This document shows, in pieces, positions 57,050 through 64,000 of a stretch of DNA of 64,000 nt. Under the pieces are notes generated by a model, which worked only from the letters and a program-made list of their open reading frames with translations, did no database searches and was not told the origin of the DNA. The DNA is from an uncultured Anaerolineaceae bacterium (lineage in GTDB: Bacteria > Chloroflexota > Limnocylindria > Limnocylindrales > CSP1-4), in the NCBI GenBank assembly GCA_964393345.1, contig CAYMTJ010000003.1:23318-87317 (forward strand). The letters run 5' to 3'. How positions within the stretch are numbered: the first letter of the stretch is position 1; the number at the start of each line of letters is the position of its first letter. The position numbers and the translations under genes were made by a program.

Positions 57050-58173
57050 ACAGCCTGCCGATCGGCCGCGTCGCCGGGATCACGGTCCGGCTCCACGTGT
57101 CCTGGGCGATCATCCTGATGCTGCTCATGGTCACCGCCGTCACGCAGGTCGGCGAGATGGACCCGAGCTCGACGTCGGTGACGCGCTGGGCGATCGCCGT
57201 GGCCGTCAGCGTCGCCTTCGTCCTGTCGGCCACGATCCACGAGCTGGCGCACGCGCTGATGGCGCGGCGACGCGGCGTGCCCGTCGACGAGGTGACGGTC
57301 TACTTCCTGGGTTCCGCGGCGACGACCGACCTCACCGGCACGCGACCGCGCGACGAGGTCGCGATCGCGGCGGCCGGGCCCGTCGCGAGCATCGCGCTCG
57401 GGGTCGCGCTCGTGGTGGCGTCCCAGGTCGCGCTCGCGGCCGGCGCCGACGGACCCGCGCGCCTCCTCATCGTCATCGGCCTGCTCGACCTCGTGCTCGG
57501 CGGGGTCAACCTCCTGCCCGCGTATCCACTCGACGGCGGCCGGATCGCGCGCGCGGTCGGCTGGGCCCGGACCGGCGACGCGAACAGGGGCCTGCGGCTC
57601 GCGGCCGCGAGCGGTCGGTCGGTCGGTCTGATCCTCGCCGCCGGCAGCGTGCTGGCCATCGTGCTACTGCAGGTGATCGACGGGCTGATGATCGCCCTGT
57701 GCGGCTGGTTCCTGATCTCGACCGCCCGCCAGGTCGAGCGCGGGGCCGGCATCGACCGGCTGCTGGACGGCCTGCTGGTCGGGGACGTGATGGAGCACGA
57801 CGTCGCAACGCTCGCCCCCACGCTCACGATCGACACGTTCGGGGGCCAGATGCTCGACGGGACGGCGACCATGGCCCTCCCCGTGGCACGGGGCGGGGAG
57901 CTGCTCGGGGTCATCGGCGCCCGCCAGATCCGCGCGCTTCGCCGCGACCGATGGGCCACGACCCGCGCCGAGGACGTCATGGTCGCGACCGACCGGCTCC
58001 CCGTGGTCGCGCCCGAAACCACGGTGCGCAGCGTCCTCGACGGCTTCCGGCGGACCCGGCTCGACGGGCTGCCGGTGCTCGTGGAAGGCGCCCTCACCGG
58101 TGTGGTGACGCGCCGTGGCGTGTCGGATGCCGTGCGCGATCGCGCGGCCAGGGCCGGGACCCCGACGGCATGA
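57046..58173 (+). CDS. Site-2 protease family (M50) metalloprotease with tandem CBS domains
   Basis: GTG 57046 overlaps the upstream stop. HELAHAL (HExxH), NLLPAYPLDGGR (LDG motif), then CBS pair (GDVMEHDVATL...; TTVRSVLDGF...LPVLVEG). Confidence 0.75.
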   Translation: MNSLPIGRVAGITVRLHVSWAIILMLLMVTAVTQVGEMDPSSTSVTRWAIAVAVSVAFVLSATIHELAHALMARRRGVPVDEVTVYFLGSAATTDLTGTRPRDEVAIAAAGPVASIALGVALVVASQVALAAGADGPARLLIVIGLLDLVLGGVNLLPAYPLDGGRIARAVGWARTGDANRGLRLAAASGRSVGLILAAGSVLAIVLLQVIDGLMIALCGWFLISTARQVERGAGIDRLLDGLLVGDVMEHDVATLAPTLTIDTFGGQMLDGTATMALPVARGGELLGVIGARQIRALRRDRWATTRAEDVMVATDRLPVVAPETTVRSVLDGFRRTRLDGLPVLVEGALTGVVTRRGVSDAVRDRAARAGTPTA

Positions 58174-59525
58174 CGGTGACGCGCGATCCGAGCGGACCGG
58201 CCGGCCTCCTGAGCGTGGAGGCCGCGCGCGATGCCGTGCTCGCGGCGGCGGAGCCCACTCCGGTCGAGTCCGTCGGTGTCGCCGACGCCCTGGGGCGTGT
58301 GGCGGCCGAGGGCATCGCCGCACGCATCTCTCTGCCGCCCTGGCCGAATGCCGCCATGGACGGGTATGCGATCGTCGCGTCCGATACCACCGGGGCCTCT
58401 GACGATCGACCGGCGAGGGTCCGCGTCGTCGGCGAGGTTCGGGCAGGTGTCGCCCCCGACACGTCGGTCCGGGCCGGTTCGGCGCTCCGGATCGCGACGG
58501 GTGCCCGGATGCCCGACGGCGCGGACGCCGTGATCCCGGTCGAGGCCACCACCCCGCTGGATGCCGCCGGCACGCGCGGCCCGCGCGGTCGGGACGCGGC
58601 GGGCCCACGTCCCGATTCGATCCTCATCCACGAATCGGTCGGGCCGGGGAACGCGGTCCGCGCGGCGGGGAGCGACCTCCTGGCGGGGGCGCGACTGATC
58701 GAGGCGGGGACGGCGATCGGGCCGTCGCTCGTCGCGCTGCTGGCCGGTGCCGGCGTCGCGGCCGTGCCGGTGCATCGGCGCCCGATGGTCGCGGTCCTCG
58801 CGACCGGCGACGAGGTGCGGCCGGCCGGTGCACCGCTCGGCGACGCGGGCATCCCCGATGCGAATGGCCCGGGTCTGCGCGCCCTGGCGGTGGTGGCCGG
58901 CGCGGAGGTCGTCGATCTCGGGATCGCGACCGACGACCTCGACGACGTCCTGACGCGGCTTCGGCGGGGTCTCGCCGCGGGCGCGGACATGCTCATCGTG
59001 GCCGGCGGCGTGTCCGTGGGCCCGTTCGACGTCGTGAAGACGGCCATCGAGACGATCGGGTCGATCGATCTCTGGCGTGTGGCCGTCCAGCCCGGCAAGC
59101 CGTTCGCGTTCGGCACGGCGCCGCGGCCCGGCGGTGGGCCCCCGGTCATCGTCGTGGGGCTGCCGGGGAACCCGGTCTCGGGCGCCGTCACCTTCGAATT
59201 GTTCGTGCGTCCCGCGATCCGCGCCCTCGCCGGTCGCACCGACGTCCTGCGGGCGACCGATCGAGCCGTCATCCTCGACGATGTGATGAAGAGTCAAGGT
59301 CGGCGGGCATTCGTACGTGTCGTCGCCGATCGCGATGCCGCCGGGGCGCCCGATCGCGACGGCCAGGGCCGCGTGCGGGTCCGGCTGGCCGGTGGCGCGG
59401 CGGGGCAGGGGAGCCACGTGATCTCCGCGCTCGCGGTCGCCGATGCGTTGGCGGTCATCCCGGAGCCGATCGGCACGTTGCCCGCGGGCGCCGAGGTGGA
59501 CATCCTGTGGCTGGACCGGGCATGA
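58170..59525 (+). CDS. moeA: Molybdopterin molybdenumtransferase MoeA
   Basis: ATG overlaps the upstream stop. MoeA N-terminal domain, MoCF biosynthesis domain ([19 protein letters not shown]), MoeA C-terminal domain. Confidence 0.8.
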   Translation: MTVTRDPSGPAGLLSVEAARDAVLAAAEPTPVESVGVADALGRVAAEGIAARISLPPWPNAAMDGYAIVASDTTGASDDRPARVRVVGEVRAGVAPDTSVRAGSALRIATGARMPDGADAVIPVEATTPLDAAGTRGPRGRDAAGPRPDSILIHESVGPGNAVRAAGSDLLAGARLIEAGTAIGPSLVALLAGAGVAAVPVHRRPMVAVLATGDEVRPAGAPLGDAGIPDANGPGLRALAVVAGAEVVDLGIATDDLDDVLTRLRRGLAAGADMLIVAGGVSVGPFDVVKTAIETIGSIDLWRVAVQPGKPFAFGTAPRPGGGPPVIVVGLPGNPVSGAVTFELFVRPAIRALAGRTDVLRATDRAVILDDVMKSQGRRAFVRVVADRDAAGAPDRDGQGRVRVRLAGGAAGQGSHVISALAVADALAVIPEPIGTLPAGAEVDILWLDRA

Positions 59526-59541
59526 CCCCCGTGCTGCGTCC

Positions 59542-60171
59542 ATGAGCGGAGGACCGATGGATCCACGATCAGGTCGACATCCGGCGCCGCGCTCCGAGCG
59601 GCGGCGCCTCACCCATGTCGACCGCGGCGGCCGGCCTCGGATGGTGGACGTCTCGGCCAAGCCGGCCACCGCCCGACGCGCGGTCGCGGAAGCCCAGGTG
59701 GCGGTCTCACCCGAGACGATGAGCCTCGTCATCGATGGCGGCGGCTCGAAGGGTGACGTGCTGGGCGTCGCCGAACTGGCCGGGGTCATGGGCGCCAAGC
59801 GGACGAGCGACCTGATCCCGCTCTGCCATCCGCTGGCGCTGACCGATCTCCTCGTCGCGATCACGCCTGACCGGGCGGCCGGCGTGCTCCGGATCCGGGC
59901 CGAGGCGGCCACGACCGGCCAGACCGGGGTGGAGATGGAGGCGATGACCGCGGCGTCCGTCGCCGCGCTGACCGTCTACGACATGGTCAAGGGGGTCGAA
60001 CGCGGGGTCGAGATCCGGGGCGTCCGGCTCCTGTCCAAGACCGGGGGCAAGAGCGGGACCTGGGAGCGTGGACCGGACCCCGATGAGGGGGGCGCACCGC
60101 GCCAGGGTCCCCGGCCCGGCGACCGCGTGGCGGGCCGGATCGGCGGGGGCAAGCCCCGGCGGGGGGCCTGA
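59542..60171 (+). CDS. moaC: Cyclic pyranopterin monophosphate synthase accessory protein MoaC (with Arg-rich N- and C-terminal extensions)
   Basis: [27 protein letters not shown] matches MoaC (LTH...MVDVS.K..T.R.A.A); [28 protein letters not shown]. Start is 59542 or 59557. Confidence 0.8.
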   Translation: MSGGPMDPRSGRHPAPRSERRRLTHVDRGGRPRMVDVSAKPATARRAVAEAQVAVSPETMSLVIDGGGSKGDVLGVAELAGVMGAKRTSDLIPLCHPLALTDLLVAITPDRAAGVLRIRAEAATTGQTGVEMEAMTAASVAALTVYDMVKGVERGVEIRGVRLLSKTGGKSGTWERGPDPDEGGAPRQGPRPGDRVAGRIGGGKPRRGA

Positions 60172-60680
60172 TGGCTCGGAGCCGGACGGCGGTCGTACTG
60201 ACGGTGAGCGATGGCGTGGCGGCGAGCACCCGGACCGACGATTCCGGGGACGCCCTGGCGGGCCGTTCGCGGGAGCTGGGGTTCGTCGTGGAGCGCGCGC
60301 TCGTGCCCGACGAGCGAGCACGGATCGAAGCGGTGATCCGGGAGGCCGCGGCCCGGGGGGTGGCACTGCTGGTGAGTACTGGCGGGACCGGTCTGACGCC
60401 GCGTGATGTCACGCCCCAGGCGACGGCGGCCGTCGTGGATTACGAGGTCCCGGGGCTGGCCGAGGCCATGCGTGCCAGCGGTCGGGCGATCACGCCGTTC
60501 GCGGACCTGTCGCGCGGCGTCGTCGGTGTGCTGGGGCCCACCCTGGTCGTCAACGTGCCCGGCAGCCCGAAGGCGGCGCTGGAATCCTTCGAGGCCGTCG
60601 TCCCGGTCCTCGAGCATGCCCTCGAGACCATCGCCGGTCCGTTCGATCACGGCGAACGATCCCCCGCGGAGCCGCGCTGA
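60171..60680 (+). CDS. mogA: Molybdenum cofactor biosynthesis protein MogA/MoaB (MoCF_biosynth domain)
   Basis: AVVLTVSDG, LLVSTGGTGLTPRDVTPQA, VVNVPGSPKA; start overlaps the moaC stop by 1 nt. Confidence 0.75.
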   Translation: MARSRTAVVLTVSDGVAASTRTDDSGDALAGRSRELGFVVERALVPDERARIEAVIREAAARGVALLVSTGGTGLTPRDVTPQATAAVVDYEVPGLAEAMRASGRAITPFADLSRGVVGVLGPTLVVNVPGSPKAALESFEAVVPVLEHALETIAGPFDHGERSPAEPR

Positions 60681-62812
60681 TGCCCGAGCTGTTCGAGCCA
60701 TTCCGGCATGTCCCTGCCTACCCGGTCGTCTTTCTCGTGTTCTGGGGCGCGGCCGCGTTCTTCGTGCTCGTGATGGCGCGGCACCTGCGGGTGTTCGCCG
60801 CGGTCCGTGCGACGGGCCCCAGCCCGTTCAGTGACATCCCGGCGCGCTTCACCGGGCTGATCCAGTACGCCTTCCTCCAGACCAAGATGTTCAAGGACCT
60901 GCGCGCCGGGCTGATGCACGCGGGCATCTTCTGGGGCTTCGTCCTCCTCACGGTGGGGACGGCGAACATCGTCACCGGCGGGCTGGTCCAGACGGTCATC
61001 TCGTTCCCGCTCGACGGTCTCCTGTGGGCCGCCGTCAACGCCATGCAGAACGTCGTCGCGCTGGTCGTGCTCGCGGCCGTGGGCTGGGCCCTGCTCCGGC
61101 GGCTGGTCACGAAGCCCAAGCGGCTGACGCTCAATACCGACGCGCTGCTCATCCTGGCCATGATCGGCGGCGTCGTGGCGACCGAGTTCCTGGCGCAGGT
61201 GTTCGAGGTCGCGGCGTTCGGTGATATCGACGGCGCCTTCATCTCGAATGCGCTCGACGAACCCTTGCGGGCGCTGTTCGGCGGCGTGCTGGAGGCTGGC
61301 TACGCGGTCCTGTGGTGGGCGCACATGCTGCTGGTGGCGGCGTTCCTCGCGTACCTCCCGTTCAGCAAGCACCTCCACATCGCCACGAGCTTCCCGAACG
61401 TCTGGTTCCGCAAGCTCGCCCCTCGCGGGGAACTGCCGAAGCTGGACCTCGAGGCGGAGGACGCGACGTTCGGTCTGCGGACCCTCCAGGATCTCGGGTG
61501 GAAGGACCTGCTCGATGGGTTCACGTGCACCGAGTGCGGGCGCTGCCAGGAAGCCTGCCCCGCCTGGAACACCGGCAAGCCGCTCAATCCCAAGCACTTC
61601 ATCATGGGCATCCGGGACATGTCGGTCGAGGCCGAGCACGGCATCGACATCATCCCGAACTCCCCGATCGTGCGCGACACGTACGGGCTCGACGACACGA
61701 CGCCCGCTGCCGCCGCGATGTCGACCGCGATCGTCGACACCGCGATCCCCTATGACGCGGTCTGGGACTGCGTCACCTGTGGGGCATGCGTCGAGGCCTG
61801 CCCGGTGCTCATCGAGCACGTCGACAAGATCGTGGGCCTGCGCCGGAACCTGGTATTGGAGGATTCGCGCTTCCCGCAGGAGCTGACGGGCGCGTTCCGC
61901 GCGATGGAGAACCAGGCGAATCCCTGGGGCCAGCCCGCGACGGCGCGGCTCGACTGGGCGAAGCCCCTCCCGTTCGAGGTCGAGACGGTCGCGGCGGTGT
62001 CGGCGGCCGGTCGCCTCGATGCGCTCGAGGTCCTCTACTGGGTGGGCTGCGCGGCCGCGTTCGATCCGCGCAACCAGAAGGTGGCTCGGGCGGTCGCGAC
62101 GTGCCTCCATGCCGCGGGCGTCTCGTTCGCGGTCCTCGGCCAGGAGGAGTCCTGCACGGGTGATCCGGCACGGCGGATGGGCAACGACTACGTGTACCAG
62201 ATCCTCGCCGCCGGGAACGTGGAGACGCTCGATCGCTACGGGATGGGGGAACGGACGATCGTGACGGCCTGTCCGCACTGCTTCAACACGATCTCGAACG
62301 AATACGGCCAGCTGGGTGGCACGTACCGGGTGGTCCATCACTCGACGTTCCTCGCCGAACTCGTGTCGTCCGGCCGGCTGCAGACCCTCCCGGAGGATGC
62401 GGAGGCATCGACCGGTGACCATCGCCCGGGGAGCGTCACGGTCCACGACTCGTGCTACCTCGCCCGATACAACGGCGTCGTGTCGGCTCCCCGGGACGTG
62501 CTGGGGGCCGCGGGCGTCACGATCACGGAGATGGAGAAGTCCGGCAAGAAGACGTTCTGCTGCGGCGCCGGTGGTGGGCGGATGTGGATGGAGGAGGATC
62601 GCGGGACGCGCATCAACGCCGAGCGGACCCGCCAGGTCCTCGAGACCGGGGCGTCGACGGTGGCCACCGCCTGCCCGTTCTGCATGGTGATGCTCAGTGA
62701 CGGTATCGCGTCCTCGTCCAGCGCCGGGACCGTCACCGCGATGGACATCAGCGAGGTCCTGGCGGCCCGGATCGCGTCGGTGCCGGAGGACCGTCGACTA
62801 CCGGTCGTCTGA
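60680..62812 (+). CDS. Membrane-bound (Fe-S)-binding oxidoreductase, HdrD/GlpC/LutA-like CCG-domain protein with N-terminal polytopic membrane domain
   Basis: N-terminal ~330 aa with 5-6 TM helices; two 4Fe-4S ferredoxin motifs (CTECGRCQEACP; CVTCGACVEACPV); two CCG-type Cys-rich regions (WVGCAAAFD...CPHCF; KTFCCGAGGG...ACPFCMVM). Resembles COG0247-type membrane Fe-S reductases. ATG overlaps the mogA stop. Confidence 0.75.
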   Translation: MPELFEPFRHVPAYPVVFLVFWGAAAFFVLVMARHLRVFAAVRATGPSPFSDIPARFTGLIQYAFLQTKMFKDLRAGLMHAGIFWGFVLLTVGTANIVTGGLVQTVISFPLDGLLWAAVNAMQNVVALVVLAAVGWALLRRLVTKPKRLTLNTDALLILAMIGGVVATEFLAQVFEVAAFGDIDGAFISNALDEPLRALFGGVLEAGYAVLWWAHMLLVAAFLAYLPFSKHLHIATSFPNVWFRKLAPRGELPKLDLEAEDATFGLRTLQDLGWKDLLDGFTCTECGRCQEACPAWNTGKPLNPKHFIMGIRDMSVEAEHGIDIIPNSPIVRDTYGLDDTTPAAAAMSTAIVDTAIPYDAVWDCVTCGACVEACPVLIEHVDKIVGLRRNLVLEDSRFPQELTGAFRAMENQANPWGQPATARLDWAKPLPFEVETVAAVSAAGRLDALEVLYWVGCAAAFDPRNQKVARAVATCLHAAGVSFAVLGQEESCTGDPARRMGNDYVYQILAAGNVETLDRYGMGERTIVTACPHCFNTISNEYGQLGGTYRVVHHSTFLAELVSSGRLQTLPEDAEASTGDHRPGSVTVHDSCYLARYNGVVSAPRDVLGAAGVTITEMEKSGKKTFCCGAGGGRMWMEEDRGTRINAERTRQVLETGASTVATACPFCMVMLSDGIASSSSAGTVTAMDISEVLAARIASVPEDRRLPVV

Positions 62813-62839
62813 CATGCGTCGGGTCGCCGTGCGCCCCGG

Positions 62840-63064
62840 CTAGTGCGGCAGGTCTCGCCCGCAGCTGGCGCACGTGACGTCGCCGACGAGATTGCCCATC
62901 GCGCAGTGCGGACAACGGATCATGCCCTCGGTGCTGATCGCGAAAGGACGTTCCGGCGTGCCGGTGTCCTGGCTGAGACGCTGCTTGCGCAGGATGCCCA
63001 GCGTCCCGACGATCCCCAGGGCGGCGAACGAGATCAGGACCAGCAGGCCCGTCGATGGATCCAT
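62840..63064 (-). CDS. Small membrane-anchored zinc-ribbon protein
   Basis: Minus-strand ATG preceded by GGAGGAG RBS. MDPSTGLLVLISFAALGIVGTLGIL TM helix, then CPHC...CASC (CxxC-N13-CxxC); 74 aa. Confidence 0.6.
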   Translation of the reverse strand: MDPSTGLLVLISFAALGIVGTLGILRKQRLSQDTGTPERPFAISTEGMIRCPHCAMGNLVGDVTCASCGRDLPH

Positions 63065-63223
63065 GACTCCTCCGGGTCTCGGGCGAGCCGGCCCCCGCGC
63101 CTGCCCGCCCCGCGACGAGCCTACGCGGCTCCGGTCTGACCGCCAATCGGCCAAATCCGCACCGGACCGCCCCTCCGGCCCGCCCGAAGGCACTCCCGCA
63201 CCGCTACGATGCTCGCGGTGACG

Positions 63224-64000
63224 ATGTCCAGTGAGTCCGGGGCCACCTACCGCCTCACCGACGCCCAGCGCGACCTGCGCGACGCTGTCCGGGTGCTGGC
63301 CGACGAACAGGTCGCGCCGCGCGCCGCCGAGATCGACCGCACCGCGACGTTTCCCCAGGACATCCGTGGGCTCCTCGCCCGCCAGGACATCCTGGCCCTG
63401 CCATTCCCGGAGGAGCACGGCGGGCTGGGTGCGGACCTGCTCACCGTCTGCCTCGCCGTCGAGCAGCTGAGCCGCGCCTGCGCCACCACCGGGTTGATCC
63501 TCGCCGTCCAGGCCCTCGGCGCCCTCCCGCTGATGATCGCCGGGACGCCCGCACAGCAGGCCCGCTGGATCCCGAAGCTGGCGACCGGGGAGCACCTCAT
63601 CGCCTTCGCCCTGACCGAGGCCGAAGCGGGGTCGGACGCGGGGGCGGCCCGCACCCGGGCGGTCCTCGACGGCGACGAGTACGTACTCACCGGGACCAAG
63701 CGGTTCATCAGCCAGGGATCGGTGGCCGACCTCCTCACGGTCTTCGCGGTCACGAGCCCGGATGGTCCGAAGGCCCGTCGACTCAGCTGCTTCATCGTGG
63801 AGGTGCCGACCCCCGGGTTCGAGATCGCGCGCGTCGAGCACAAGATGGGGCTGCGCGGCAGCCCGACGGCGGAACTGACCTTCGATGGCGTCAGGATCCC
63901 GAACGCCAACCTGATCGGGGCCGAAGGCGATGGGTTCAGCCTGGCGATGGCGACCTTCGATCGGAGCCGGCCCGGGATCGCGGCCCAGGCCGTCGGGATC
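63224..64000 (+). CDS. Acyl-CoA dehydrogenase family protein, 3' partial (runs off the window)
   Basis: Frame open to the window end. N-terminal ACAD helices and middle beta-domain (FALTEAEAGSDAGAARTRAV...YVLTGTKRFISQG; KMGLRGSPTAELTFDGVRIP). Start ATG 63224; upstream ATG 63209 and GTG 63218 are alternatives. Confidence 0.8.
   Translation, partial: MSSESGATYRLTDAQRDLRDAVRVLADEQVAPRAAEIDRTATFPQDIRGLLARQDILALPFPEEHGGLGADLLTVCLAVEQLSRACATTGLILAVQALGALPLMIAGTPAQQARWIPKLATGEHLIAFALTEAEAGSDAGAARTRAVLDGDEYVLTGTKRFISQGSVADLLTVFAVTSPDGPKARRLSCFIVEVPTPGFEIARVEHKMGLRGSPTAELTFDGVRIPNANLIGAEGDGFSLAMATFDRSRPGIAAQAVGI

Noticed and set aside
1-64000. CRISPR arrays, IS elements, prophage or known defence systems
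   Set aside because: I found no regularly spaced direct repeats, no transposase/integrase/terminase-like ORFs, and no restriction, Abi or toxin-antitoxin signatures. The only phage-like feature is the Baseplate_J-like block inside a cellular membrane protein.

Overview
This 64-kb window has about 72% GC and is almost entirely coding, with most well-supported genes on the + strand. Gene order matches core Actinomycetota synteny: tlyA-nadK-recN-xerD, then scpA-scpB-rluB-cmk-plsC-ispH-der-gpsA, and alaS ... ruvX-mltG. Together with an FtsA-like gene and SLH-like repeats, this points to a deep-branching high-GC actinobacterium (Thermoleophilia, Rubrobacteria or Acidimicrobiia type); that is inference only.

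Most genes are housekeeping. The window starts inside a MurE-type Mur ligase, followed by rel, hisS and aspS. It also holds typA, iscS-mnmA, alaS, efp, xseA/xseB, dxs, a molybdopterin operon (moeA-moaC-mogA) and one tRNA-Pro(GGG). The tRNA gene (46734..46810, + strand) would be transcribed left to right in these coordinates. Many adjacent genes are linked by 1- or 4-nt stop/start overlaps (ATGA, GTGA), so there are several long operons. The numerous long Arg/Pro/Gly-rich ORFs antisense to these genes are GC artefacts. I found no CRISPR array, transposase or prophage.

Five things stand out:
- Between alaS and ruvX-mltG, two translationally coupled genes are inserted: an FtsA-like actin-fold ATPase and a 607-aa single-pass membrane protein whose outer domain recalls phage Baseplate_J. 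This is my best candidate for an undescribed two-component envelope system.
- Downstream of typA there is a secreted cluster: a lysyl-oxidase-like catalytic domain fused to three Cys-containing SLH-like repeats, a PQQ-type sugar dehydrogenase, and a signal-peptide membrane protein.
- After tRNA-Pro(GGG) the content turns accessory-like: transporters, a SnoaL-like protein, a J-domain protein next to a 13-bp perfect palindrome, a secreted protein ending in a polyglycine tail, and an RDD / aromatic-amino-acid decarboxylase / YdeI operon.
- The Moco biosynthesis genes are fused into one operon with a Lit-like membrane protein, a CBS-containing M50 protease and a membrane-bound HdrD-like Fe-S oxidoreductase.
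- A small membrane ORF sits between xseA and xseB with overlapping stops and starts.
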